From NCBI GenBank assembly GCA_965153285.1, contig OZ229119.1: a stretch of 64,000 nucleotides of DNA. One strand, written 5' to 3'. The translations under genes were made by a program, and so were the position numbers. This document shows positions 45,731 to 58,710 of the stretch, one piece after another (position 1 is the first letter of the stretch; the number at the start of each line of letters is the position of its first letter). This DNA is from Podarcis tiliguerta (lineage: Eukaryota). The notes under the pieces were generated by a model, which saw only the letters and a program-made list of their open reading frames with translations, did no database searches and was not told where the DNA came from.

Positions 45731-46984
45731 TACTAGATTTTGAAGCTGATTGTGAGGTCTGTTATAATATCATTTCCCCTCTATTACGAATCTTATTTTA
45801 TTTAATCATGTTAATGACACCATTGTGTCCTTCACAACTTTAACAACTGGTTAAAATTGTCTTTTCTCAAATTAACCTCTCAGTTAGTAAAGCTTCAAGG
45901 GGCACAGAATTCCAGTCACCAGAAAATAATGATATCTATCCACGCATCCTTATCTAACAGCGCTTTTTGCTGAGTCACCCATCAACAAATAGCCCTTTGG
46001 ACAAACCAGACAACGTAAGACAGAAGTTCACAGATGAAATAGCAACTGCCACCACTTCCGTTGATGCTGTTGCTTCAAGAACACATATTGTGTAGCTGAA
46101 ATACTGGAGCTGCTGCCTTGCAGACAAGGTTGCTCTGACACAGTTCTGTGTGTGTGTGTTGGGTTGGGTCACATTGTGAACCTGGCCCAACTCCTAATGG
46201 TTTTGGATTAACCGTGAAAAACAACAGCAGCCATCTCCTTTAAGTGTACAAATAAAAGAATCTTTCTATAAATCATTGCTGTTCTATTAGCTTTTTCAGA
46301 TAGCTTGAACCCAAGTTCAGCTTAGTTGTTATGGAGAGAGTGACCCAGAAAATCTTACAAAGCAGAGCTGCACAGCTAAGTGACCATTGTATAGAGTAAA
46401 CCATTCTTGGAATGTAGGAAAAGAAGATTAACGATTAATCCAGATCAGGACATTTTAGTGCATTCCCTACCCAGCAATTACAAGTCGTCTTCTGCATGAT
46501 CCTAGTAGCTCCACTTTAGGTAGCAACATTAATTTTAACTACTTAGCACATCCCTTTAAGAGTCCTCAAGAGTTTAATACTGCTTTTCCAGGATTTGGCA
46601 TTATATAATGGTCAAGATGAGGTTGAAACGGTTACTTATGACATATACTGTTATTTTGTCATTCTTGGCACCACTGGAATCTAAAATGTCGGGATTCCAT
46701 TACATTTATCCAAGGGTTTGGCTGCACTACTATGTAGCAGCTGATATCAATCATAGCAAACAGGACCCTAAGACGGATATAAGCTGCATTCCTTTCTCCA
46801 GAACTTTGCAGTATAAGATTCCTTCTCACTTTATAGCATCTCCTAAAGAGTAAACCCACTAGGAACTTAATTTTAACTGGGGTTCTGTTGTTCCTTTGTT
46901 GGCAACCAACCTTAATGTGTATGTATAAGTTCATTTCCTTCCACTTTAAAGACCACATACTCTAAGGAATTCACCTTGGCACTG

Positions 46985-47420
46985 GCAACCTCAAGACTGG
47001 ATTATTGCTATGTGTTGTACGTGGGGCTTCACTTGGACTAAACCTGGAAGCTGCAGCTGGTGCAGAATGCAGCAGCTAGACTGGGGTACCCCATCAACAT
47101 CACAGATCCTCTGCTGAAGGAGCTGCACTAGCTGCCAAAATGCTACCAGACACAATTCAAGGTCTTGTTTTTACTATTTAGTGCCCTAAACTTGAGACGA
47201 GAATATCTAAGGCATCGTCTTGCCCAAGACACTCCCGCCCAGCAACTGTGCTCCTCAGATAGGATACTGCTGAGAATACCATATGTCTGACACAGAGATT
47301 CAATTAGTCTGCACTGGGCTTTTAGCCCCAACTCTCAGGATTCATTTTTCAGCCACAATCAGACGGGCATATAGCATTCTGATATTTAGGCACCTACTGA
47401 ATACATTTGTTGTTTAGGAA
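46985..47420 (+). mobile_element. L2-clade LINE 3' fragment
   Basis: Remnant TSRLDYC...GL....WKLQLVQNAAARL...QFKVL....AL. Confidence 0.7.
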
Positions 47421-48269
47421 AACTTTCCTTGAGGTGTCACCCAGTTATTTATGAAAGCTCAATTCTCTGTTTTCATGAAATGTTCTTTTTAAGAGTTCGT
47501 TGAATTGGTTTTATTGTGCGTCTGTATTTTATTCTGTATTTTACCCTCTACGTTGCTTCAATGGTTTTATGCCATAAAGTGGTGTACAAATGTGTACAAT
47601 AATAGTAACAGTAATGGACCCAGAAATAGCAAAGAAATGGCAACTGCCTGGTCTGGCTATTTCTCTTTCCCATAAAAACAATTCTCCATGAGTAGGCTGG
47701 CCCTGCTTTTTCATTCCACAAACAGAGCAAGTCATCAGAACAAGATTGCACTGGGAAACTTTTGCATTTATATTTGCACGCATATAAGCACATGTTGCAA
47801 GTGTAACATCATTTGATGCACTGACGCAGCCTCTCAGAACTACACAACCGCTATACAATATGTCTGCACTAGTGTAAATACTCATTTTGGTACAGAAGAG
47901 GAAATAATGGTGTTGAACCAATTTTATCAACAGATGTCAGGAGAGTTGACTTCTAATAAGCAGCTGAGGGCACTTGGTCAACATTCATTATTAACACCAA
48001 TATCTGTACTTGGGCTTTACATTCAAGATGAATGTGCTTAATATACATCCAGATTTGGTTTACTATAGTAATTGTTTCCACTTCTGATGTGCCCTCAGCT
48101 AGTAATGGCATGCCCATAACGTATTTAAGAACACTGCAGTAAACCTTTCCATGATGTGGAGCCAATTGTGCTCTGCAGCATGGAGTTCTAAGCTACCATT
48201 CTTCAAATCCTTTCCCTAACAATACAGTGCTTTGATACACCTGTCAAGCAGTATTCAATAATGCCACCT

Positions 48270-49580
48270 ACCTCGCTGCCTAGCAGTCTCCCTGCCTGAA
48301 CTGACAGAACTGGTCTCAGAGGCGATGTTGAGGACTCCCAGACTGCTAGTTTTGGAGGACTTCAACATCCATGCCAAGGTGGCTGGCTCTGGGGTGGCTG
48401 CCATGATGACCATGGGGCTGTCCCAACATGCCATTGGCCACTGCATGTAAGAGGCAACACTCTGGACCTTATTTTCTCTGCTGGGCAGAAAGAGGGTGCT
48501 ATTGATATCACAATCACTTGTCATGGTCACATCACTTCCTGTTGAGATTTAGGCTTCCAGCACCTTTTCCCTTCTGCATAGGCCTAATGGGATGGTCCAC
48601 CCTTCAGAGGCTGATGGATCCAATGGGTTTCCAGACAGCTCTGGGGAATTTTATGGCTGCTATGATTTGCACTCCTGTCAAAGTGCTGGCTGATCTCTGG
48701 TACATTCAAATGGCTTGGGCTGTTGTCATGATCACTCCTGAGCAACTTCTCCTGCTTTGGCTCCTTAGTATACTCCAGAGCTTCAGGCAATGAGACAAGC
48801 TGGAAGATAGCTTGAACACAGATGGAGGAAAACTCCAGTCGAATGCAATCTAACACTGGTGTGGACTCATCATCAAACCTACTTAGTTGCAAGTGAAAGC
48901 AGCAAACTATGCCGTCCACCAGAGCTTTTCCAGGTAGTATGGGGCCTTTTATAGTCTGGTCCGAAGGAGGTGGTAGAACAGATGGTAGTTCGCTGTCACT
49001 TGTTTGCAAAGCATTTTAAGGATAAAATCACTTGCATCCGCCTGGACCTTGACTCCAATGTTCCAATCTTAAGAGGTGTCCAGAGCACTGTCTAGTTTGG
49101 TTATGTTGGATGAGTTTCAGTAAGGATGGATAAGGTGCTTGGGATCAGTCAGCCTCTTGGCTGATAAAAACTAGTAGGGAGGAGTCAGCTGACTAGGCCA
49201 AGGAGATTATTAATGCTTCCTGGTGAGACAAGGGGCCCTTGCCTGCTTGAAGGAGGCAGTGGTAAAAGCAGTCCTCAAAAAACCCTCGTTCAGTTTGGAA
49301 AATCTAATTACTAGCCAACTGCCAATCTCCCCTTCTTGCAACGGTTTCCCATTTGTGGAATGCTCTCCCCAGGGAGGCTTGCCTGGTACCTTAGTTACGT
49401 ATTTTTAGGTGCCAGGCAAAAGCATTCTTCTTCTCTCCTGTCTTTGGCTAATTAAACTGGGTGGGTATTATTTCTATTTGTCAGCATGTTTTATATTTTT
49501 GTGTTTTTGTATTGTAAACCACCCTATGATTCTCAGATGAGGGTTGGTACAGAAAATTAACTAAATAATAAATAATAATG
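48270..49580 (+). mobile_element. Degenerate, internally deleted L2-clade LINE
   Basis: Endonuclease-like PRLLVLEDFNIHA near 48340; LKEAVVK.VLKKPS near 49250; abrupt jump to the 3' end (tgtggaatgctctcccc) and a (TAA)n tail. Confidence 0.7.
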
Positions 49581-52099
49581 CAGGTCTACAAGAAGGCGGC
49601 ACTCACAAACCACTTGCAGGAGAGACTTTGGAAACCACCAAGCGGTCCATCTTGGAACACAACTTGCTCCATTTGAAAAACCTCTCTCTACAGAAAAGAT
49701 CTATTGTGGATTACAACTCTAGAACTATTCTGAAATTCCTAGTGAGCAGAAAGTGTCTGCTAGTGCAGTTGCATTGAGCAGTACATATGATTTGGGAACA
49801 AGAAGTCAGCTTTGGCAAAGAGTTCAGTAGGAGATCTTCAGCAAGTTGGCATTTCTCAAGGCTAAACTAGATGCAACCTTACTTGAACAACTGCAATTAA
49901 CATGCATATTTAATGGAAAGATAAGTAGCAGCTGCAAGATCAGGACCAAGATTACAGGGTGCATTTAAAAAAACACACAACAACCTCGCTTTATGCTGTC
50001 ATTCTGAGGAATACCTCCCTGGCCTCATGAAGCTACTATTTTTTCCCCCAAGGAGGAAGCTTCCATTGCTAATTTCAGAAAGTGGAACCAGCATTGCTAG
50101 TGGTCATTGAGAGCTTTATTCTCAATGAATTTGTCTTATGTATTTACCATTTCAATGCCAGTTCTCCCAGCTTGGAGGGATGTACTATTTGCTGTGCTAG
50201 AAAATAATAACCCTGTCTAACTCCTTACAGATTCTAGATCTCAGTAATTCTAGTAGTCCCCACACATTTGATTCTGTTTGTCCATACAATATTGTGGTGC
50301 TACTATGTCTGTTTTTGTTATTTTAATTTGTGGCATCTAATTTTGCATTGTAAACTGCCTTGGGTGTGACAGAAGGCAAGGTAAAAATGCTTAAAACAAA
50401 ATATGTAAACATATTAATTGTTAAACTTTAAAAGTGTTAGAGTAACTTTAAGAGTACTAATCCAACAGCAGCCACAGAGCAGGCAATCTAGGCTAGAAAA
50501 TAATCTACACTGTTCTACAGGATAGTATCCAGGCTGTTAAACAAGTTTGAAGAATCAGGCATGACAGAGCCAAGGAATTATGCAACTACCTTCAAGGGCC
50601 AATGGGATTCAGTTTTCCATTTCCATCCTCCTGACTCTTGCAGTTCATGACAGAACCTGTTCTAGGTGTTGAAGAAATAAAAATCTGTTGCAAAAATTGG
50701 GGAGTTTTCCCCCCCCCGTAAGCAATTATGGGGTTATAAACCCAAAAGCCATAACTCTTGCATCTATTATTATCTGTTATAATATTTTGTACCACCGCTC
50801 TTCAGTCAAAAAGCAATTTGGAGCTGCTTACAACTCCAATTTCAAACAGAACCCAAAGAAAATGGTTTAAAAGTGTGGAGGAAGGGGCATTGCATGAAGT
50901 TTACCAAATCCTTGCAGCGAGGGAGACAGTTATGCATTTTGTCTCTCATAAAAGGGCTTCTTGAAAAGCAGAATACCGTATACTGGCCAAGATTACTACT
51001 ACAATGGCATATAGCCAATAAACATTTATACATTCTAAATTCTATATATCCAGACACTGGAATAAAAAGTCTCCAGAGTCACCTACTTTAAATGGATTTT
51101 GCAGCTATTCTGTTCCACTTTTTATGTCAACAGCTGTACACTCATTTTTAGAAGACTAAAAACCTGCCACTAGCATATCTTCAACCTGGCAGTAGCTAAT
51201 TTTGGGGTCAAGACAATTAACAAGCAGGTGACTTGAACTTGCTGTCAGGGCATGTGACTTGCAACTAAATCCCATTACCTGCAGCATTTAGCTTTGCACT
51301 AAGGGGTTTATGACACGTAGCTGGTCTTTTCCTAATTAATCCATGCCTATTAAAAGAGCCATTTCACAAACTTGGAAAAACAAACTGCCCAAAGATTGTT
51401 CAACAGGATCTATAAATGAAGCAGAATACCTACAGCGCAACATGGATATTTACCAAGCAGTAATTTCTTCCATTATAGATTAGTATGCAGGGCCAACCTG
51501 AATAAGCTTTTAAGAATTGCTTTATTAACAGGATAGCAGCCAACTATCCATAGGTAGCTGTATGTCCCCAAGAGACTCTACCCAATGCACGTTAAAGGGA
51601 AACAGTTTCCAGACACACTGCTCGCTCACATCACTAGACTTAGCAGCATCATTTAGAAACAAGAAGTGCGCTGAGTAGCTTTCCTGCTTCCTCACCAATA
51701 AGCCACTTTGTGGCAGTTACTTTACAAATGAGCACAGGGAGCTGGGAAACAGAGCAGCTGCCAGGCAAGAGTTAAACAAATTCCTTTAACCTCATTATCT
51801 CACCCCACCCGAAGTTCCCAGTGAAACTTTTCCAAAAGGTGCTCAGGAGCAGAAGAAAAGGCTGCCATAAAATGGGTTCAATTCTGAAACGTTCACCTTT
51901 CCAGAAACACTGGGCCCTGCTGGGCGCTATATGCTAAGCTTTGAGAGAAGCACAGCTTACAGCTAGGTTAAGACCCGGCTTCCATGAACTGCGATGGCTG
52001 CGCAAAGTGGGGAGAAGTGGCAGGAGAAGGGAGAAGATAAAATTGCCTCTGACTAGGGTTATGACCCGTCCATTCCAAGAGAGCCCACGAAAACACGGG

Positions 52100-52835
52100 A
52101 ATACACTGAACCCAACTCGCTTCTCCGAGCATGTGCAGAGATTTATACTCTTCTTTCCCCCCCCGCAGAAGAGCAGCAAGAGCATCCACACGCGCGGAGC
52201 AACAGAGCCGGGCGTCCCAGCTCCAGGGGTCGTGGATATGCCCACCGTCAGGAGATTTCCAGCCGCTTTGGACGCCCGCTTCCGAAAGAGATGGAAACCC
52301 AGGGGCGCCAGCCCAGCGTGGCCCGCGCCCCCGTTAAAAACCTAGGAAAGCGAAGCGCCCAGCCTGGGCAGAAAGGCGAGACTGTGGAGGACGAACACAA
52401 AAGGGGAACAAAATCAAGCCAGCCGCTGAGGAAGCGCCGCCGCCGCGTCTTACCTGGGCGCGCGGCCACCAGCTGCTTCGGAAGCTCTTTCTCCCAGGGC
52501 TCCCCACCAACTCCGCCACAAGTGCGACAAGCGCGCGCCCCGCAGAAGCCAGCCGGGTTTCCCCTGCAGCTGTTTATAGCGTCCCACAAGGGGGCGGTGC
52601 TGCGACGGAGCGTAGCCGGGCAAGCCCCTTCCCTCTGGGCCGCCCTTTCTCTTTCCGCGAGGCCCCGCCCTGCGCGTTCAAGCGGCCGACGCCTAGGACC
52701 ACGGCGCGCCCTCGTCCCAAAGGGCAGCCTTCCCTCGCTCGCTCCCGCTTCGCTTACCCCGCGCGCGAGCGTTCTGACGCCCCTCAACTGTTCACACGTT
52801 CCGGCGGCGGCGCCGCAGACATCGTCCGCCCATTA
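52100..52835 (-). promoter_or_regulatory. CSRP2: CpG-island promoter of CSRP2 with TATA box (52573-52578, - strand) and GC boxes (52591-52597, 52663-52670)
   Basis: The only extended CpG-dense, GC-rich region of the window; TATAAA and GGGGCGG/CCCCGCCC motifs are correctly placed relative to the donor. Confidence 0.8.
52454..52548 (-). other. CSRP2: Probable non-coding exon 1 of CSRP2 (TSS approximate)
   Basis: CAG|gtaag donor on the - strand at 52454/52453, ~25-30 nt downstream of a TATAAA box, no ATG, inside a CpG island. Confidence 0.7.
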
Positions 52836-53991
52836 GAAATAGGCCTTTGATGTTGTCCCCTTTTACAGTACAGACTGGGGGGGAGGGCTGAGGAGGCTCA
52901 ACATGCATTGCTTTCCAAAACAGAGCCTTTCCTGAAGACCCAGACTTCTGTATATTATAAAGGTCCCCATAAAATAAAAAAATGTACTGTGTCTAGTAGT
53001 CGGAATTTGTGTGTTTGGTGGGGGGGGGGGTGTTTTTCCTGCTGGACAAGGAAAACAATGCGCTCTTCTCCATTTGAGTGTTGACTGCACGCTGGAAATA
53101 AATACAGTATTCGAATTTGTGGCTCAGCTTGGAATGTCTTTTTTCTTTGGTACGGCTTACAGCTTAAAAAGTAAAATCATTAATACAGACAAAAATGTTC
53201 TTCCTTCATCTGACATCCATCAGGTGTCTCAAAACTATGGAGGTACCTTTCTACTCAAATATCAGAAGACGAGTCAAATGTGTTTCTTGGGGGCAAGCAA
53301 GTGACAGCAGGAGAAATATATTGCCTTCTGAGCCCTGCTTGTGGCCTTTCTGAAAGGACGGGGTTGGTCATTGTGGCAAGCACTGTGCTGGACTATTGTT
53401 CTTATTATCGTATATTTACAATATTTGTACGCTGCCTTAAAACATAACGCTCTCTGAGCAACTTGTGTAACAGTTGAATTGCAAAACAAATGTAACTAGA
53501 TGAGACCTAGGAAGATGCCTTATGGCTAATGCCAAGACAGACCATTCTCCTGTTGGGCCAGCTTCACCTACACTGACTGGCAGCAGCTCTCCAACTTCTC
53601 TCTTAGTCCTGTGGAGATGCTTGGGATTGAACCTGAGATCTTCTGCAGGCAAAGTGGATTCTCTACTTTGCCTTTGGTCTGAGATGGCAGATTGTTATGT
53701 CCCTGTTTCAGTATAGCAGTGTTCTTAATGCTTGTGCCCTCTAAACATTTTGGACTATAACTTCCCTCAGTCCCTGTCAGCTTGACCACAGTTCAAAATC
53801 TGGATGACACCGGGTTGGAAAAGGTTTCTTTAGAGTCTAGCACCTGTTCTGAAAAGCAAGATTTGGGAGACAAAGAAAAAACCTTACACCCCAGAGAGCT
53901 ACTGCTGACTGAAGTATATATTCCGGGGCAAGGTGGATGTGGACCAATAACTGGATGCACCAGAAGTGGTGGGCTTTACAAACCCTGTGCT

Positions 53992-54287
53992 TGGGAAATG
54001 CCACTGTGATGTGGTTAAGAGTGGTACTCATAATCTGGGGAACCGGGTTCGCGTCTCCGCTCCTCCACATGAAGCTGCTGGGTGACCTTGGGCTAGTCAC
54101 ACTTCTCTGAAGTCTCTCAGCCCCACTCACCTCACAGAGTGTTTGTTGTGGGGGAGGAAGGGAAGGGAGAATGTTAGCCGTGTTGCGACTCCTTCGGGTA
54201 GCGATAAAGCGGGATATCAAATCCAAACTCCTCCTCCTCCTCTTCTTCTTCTTCTTCTTCTTCTTCTTCTTCTTCTTCTTCTTCTTC
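53992..54287 (+). mobile_element. tRNA-derived squamate SINE (Squam3-like) with (CTC/CTT)n tail
   Basis: A/B-box-like head (GTGGTTAAGAG...GGGTTCGCGTCTCC), CORE-like gtgaccttgggctagtcac, long CTT tail. Confidence 0.8.
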
Positions 54288-56962
54288 TAGCACAGTGCTT
54301 CCAAAGCACCTCACAACCAGCTGGTTGTCAAATGTTTGAGTGCTCTGCAGCACCAAGCACAGTGCTTTCCAAAGTGCCCAAAAATCAGCACTTAGGAAGT
54401 AGGGTCTACAAAGACCCTTTCAACCAAACCAGGCCCTTACCTGCCCCACACCTGATATCATATGTCAGGTTTAGGGCAGGTAGGTGTGGTTTGGTCAAAA
54501 TGGCCATGCAAGCCAAATGGAGAGGCCGGTGGGCCACGGGCTGTTCCCCACCTATAGTTTAGAGGTTGAATTTCCCTAGTTGTAATATCCAAGTTGAGTG
54601 CTCATCCAGCTCTTTGAAAAACATAAAGATAAATATTCTTGTCCTTTCCCCAAGAACAATGCCCTACCATTTTGTGAACATTTTCTTTTTGAAATTTCTA
54701 TGTAGGCTGGGTCTTTGCACAGCAGCAAATTAATTTAAGAATTAATTGAATAAAAAGAATTAGATCAGGAATGTGGCTCCTCCTCCCGTGCCACTTCTAC
54801 ACAGTAAGACTAGCTGCCCTGCAGCTAGACTTATCTTCTTGATATACTAAAAAGCCCTAATTCAGTCTGTAGAGGGTGGTGCCAAATGAACTTCTGAGGA
54901 TCAGTCTTTGTATCAGCTGAGTATTTCTAAACACAAAGCTCATTTTGTTTTATTTTGTCACACAGGCATAACTTCTTAATAATGCCGCAATAGAAAACTA
55001 TTGTCTTCCGTTGAAGGTAACGATTTTCATACAAAAATGTAATTGCTCTAAGTGAAGGATTGTTATTTATTGGGGGGGGGGGAGCTGAATTGCAGAAACC
55101 AAATAATCACATTTATGTAGACAATGAATGGATTGGTGTATAAAAGGCATATGGATAATAAGGATGAAAGCTAATATGCTTTTCATTCTGAATTATTTGT
55201 GTGTGTGTGTGTTCTATGCACACGGGAAGCTGCTGAAGAAGCTGTTTTGTTTCCTATTTGTGATACATTTAAGGGACAGGTACAAAATTAATGGCAGTAT
55301 TTGAGTATAAATCTCAAGTCAGAGTAAAATCCACATCACTTGTCCTGCTGTGGAAAGATGAAAATATCAAGAACCCTGGTAAATTTATACCTGCAGCCTC
55401 TTTGGTTTCCCACCTAGAAGCAACTGTTGCTGGCCTGCCCACTTCCATTGCGGAATTTGGCAGAATAGACCCATTTTCGTAGGATGATGAGTTGCTGGCC
55501 ATGTACACACTGTACCTTTAAAGCACATTCCCCACCCCCCAAAAATAATAATTCTGGGCACTGTAGTTTACCCTTCACAGAGTTACAATTCCAAGCAACG
55601 CTTAACTACAGTGCACATAATCATTTGAGGGAAGTAATGTGTTTTCATATGCTTTTAAAGCTATAGTGCACACACAGCCACTGAAAGTTACCCCAACCAT
55701 CTATCAAAGGGAAGAGGAGCAGAATCACTTGCTTTTTTGTGACCACCAGCTTGGTGTGCTCCAGGCACTGTCTGGTGCATCGGCAGCCCTAAGTCAAATT
55801 CCTCAGCTGGTATCACCACAGCTCTAGGTTCAGCAGTCTCCTACTCCTACTCTCAGCTTAAGGCCAAGGCCATGGCAAGTAAACATCATAAAAGCCTCTA
55901 AATTCTGGGACAGTGCTGTGAAGAACCTCTGTTTTAATTCCACATCTAGGTGACTACAAAAAGGCAATGCCTCAATGGTAACTAAAGGTCTCTAGCATGG
56001 ACACAACCTTGTTAAAACCAAGGCAATTACATGCATTGGAGTAATTTCAAACCTGTTATCGGCTCCGGAGTTCTCCAGGTTGATTTACAAACTTCTTTCA
56101 ATTAATATGGTCCTCTTTATATCCTAGCATCCATCACACAGAGTACAGTAAAATTAAAAATGTGACAAAAGAAGACTGGCCAGTAGACTGGGCTAAATAA
56201 CAATCTTAAAGGTGAATTAAGATTGTCGGTAATTACACTCACATCCTCATGAAGAACAGAGCTGCTTGTTAAATGTATTGAGTACAAGGTTAAAGAAAAA
56301 ATATTTCAGCAACTTAGGAAGCATGTTTAGAAAGATGAAATCTTTTTTAAATTCTTTTTTTAAATATTTGCCCGTAGTTTAAACTCCACTTGAGATGCTA
56401 GTAGGTTTATCTAAGAAGGTGAGAGCAGCATGCAATTTATATGTAATCCTAAATGCAATTAGAGAAACAATGTGTCGTGCAGACCGCAGGTAAAGATGCT
56501 ATCATGGCACCTGAATGTGATAAGCACAGGAAAATAAGGAGGTTATTAAATTAAAGATCTGAGAACCCTGGATGGAACTCTTTGAATAGCTTAGCCCAAC
56601 ACAAGCTCCATTGAAGGAACCTGTTCCACAGAATTTCAATATCTCCAGTAATCATTCACAATAAGGAATATAATTTAGGACAAGGTATTTCTCTAAAAAG
56701 TTGAGCTTGTTTTATTATATCATTTTAATATTGTACTGTGAAGAATTCTGTTAGCTAAAACAGTGATGAATAACCTTTTGGGTGGGGGAGTCTCCAGGGT
56801 GTGACTGTTTTGTGGAAGGTATTTAAGCACATGCTGGAACTTTAGGTGAGTATGGCTGACGTTTATTAAAGGTCTCTGACATCCTAATGCAACAAACCCA
56901 CTTTGTTGAAAGTGATGGGGAAATGCATTTTTAAAATGTGGGATGAATGAATGTGGGATCAA

Positions 56963-57510
56963 TTTTATTATTTATACCCTGGGTTTCCCCAGCCACTCTG
57001 GGCGGCTTACAGGATATCTAAAAACATAATTAAAACATCAAACATTAAAAAAGAGAGTCTCCACCCCCATCGTTCAGCCCGGACACTGAGGTCCAGCGCT
57101 GAGAGTCTTCTGGCAGTTCCCTCACTGTGAGAAGTGAAGTTACAGGGAACCAGGCAGAGGGCCTTCTTGGTAGTGGTGCCTGTCCTGTGGAACACCCTCC
57201 CATCAGATGTCAAGGAAATAAACAACTATCTGACTTTTAGAAGACATCTGAAGGCAGCCCTCTTTAGGGAAGTTTTTAATGACTGATGTTTTAATGTATT
57301 TTTAATATTTTGTTGGAAGCCGTCCAGAGTGGCTGGGGAAACCCAGCCAGATGGGCAGGGAATGAATGAATGAATATTATTATTAAAAACCTTCTGGTAC
57401 AGGGCTGCCTTCAGATGTCTTCTAAAAATTGTGTAATTCTTTATCTCCTTGACATCGGAAGGGGGGGAGTTCCACAGGGAGGGCACCACTACTGAGAAGG
57501 CCCTCTGCCT
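56963..57510. mobile_element. Nested LINE (L2-like) 3' ends: a + copy (~57052-57381) inserted into a - copy
   Basis: Both flanks are reverse complements of parts of the inner copy; ATTAAAAA duplicated at 57044-57051 and 57382-57389. Confidence 0.75.
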
Positions 57511-57999
57511 GTTCATTGTCATGCCCCACAAACGAATTGGAACTGATACTCAATAAAGACTGGATATAATCTAACCTGTGTGTAAACTCTGTACAAGCAG
57601 ATTAGAATGAATGATCAATAAACAGGTTGTCTGGGGAAGACCTAAGTCTAAGAATGCATTAGCTTATAACACTGTTAGAAGTTGGATGCAAGGCAAAAAT
57701 CAGCAGCCAGAACTGGGCAGAGCCATCTTTTCTCTCTCTCAACCGTTTTCTCTTGCCTCTCATCCACTCAGCAGGCTCAGTGGGTATAGATTGCTCTTGT
57801 CAGAGGTCTGATTGACTGTTTACAGAATGGCCCCTCCATCTGTTATATGCCTCCCCCTGTCCCAACATTTCTCTGCTTGCTCTTCTTCTCTCCCTCCAGG
57901 TTAAAGGTTGCTAGCTCCTGGGCTAAAACTTAATCTTCTGAAATTGCCCAATTTTGCTGCTGATTTTGATAACTTTGTTAGTGCAGTTCAACTGGCTTA

Positions 58000-58550
58000 A
58001 AGAGCTTCAGCCAGATTGTTGTCCGGGGCAAGTTATAGGGAGCATGCAACTCCCTTGTTACCACAGCTCCACAGCCTATCAGTCTGTTTCCAGGCACAAT
58101 TCAAAGTGCTGATGATGACCTATAAAACCTATAAGGGTTTTATAAGCTATCTGAAATATTGCATTCCCTCATACAAACCTGCCTGGGTTCTGAGATTTAT
58201 TGGTCCTTCTCTTGGTCCTGCCACCCTCACAGGAATGCTTGGTAGGAATGTAGGGCCTTCTCAGTGGTTGCACCCAAACTTTGGAACTCTCTCTTTGCCC
58301 TTTTGCCAGCAGGTGAAGACCTTTTTATTCCAACAGGCTTGGGGGAAATGACTGCTATTAATGAAAGGCTGGTACTGTGCTGTCTTTATTGTAATTAGCT
58401 GTATGTTTTGAATATATTTATATATGTGTGTTCAATTATTTTTAATAACAAACCCCAAGTTTTTAGCTGTTATTATTTCATATGTAAGTCATCTTGAGCC
58501 CCTGTCAGGGAAAGAAGTGGGATAATGATGATGATGATGATGATGATAGA
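58000..58550 (+). mobile_element. L2-clade LINE 3' fragment ending in (GAT)n
   Basis: ORF 58016..58351: HATPLLPQLHSL.VCFQAQFKVLMMTYK...KTFLFQQAW. Confidence 0.75.
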
Positions 58551-58634
58551 GACCTGTTGAGATTGGTTCCACTGCACAGCTTATTTTTTTTTTTAAAAAA
58601 AGCAAAATATCTGTAACTTTAGATAATAGAAACG

Positions 58635-58710
58635 ATGTCATGGGTATTAGGTGGGTTGGACCAAATGACCCATGTGGTCTCTTCTAACTCTACAATTCTA
58701 TGATTCTATA
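58635..58710 (+). mobile_element. CR1 3' terminus
   Basis: gggttggacc..atgacc....ggtctcttctaactctacaATTCTATGATTCTAT octamer tail. Confidence 0.7.

Noticed and set aside
51934-52836. Long overlapping ORFs (103-181 aa) on both strands
   Set aside because: These are stop-poor artefacts of the GC-rich CpG island; Arg/Ala/Pro-biased with no recognisable domain.
54143-54562. Poly-Leu and poly-Glu ORFs resembling a signal peptide or acidic tract
   Set aside because: Translations of the SINE (CTT)n tail.
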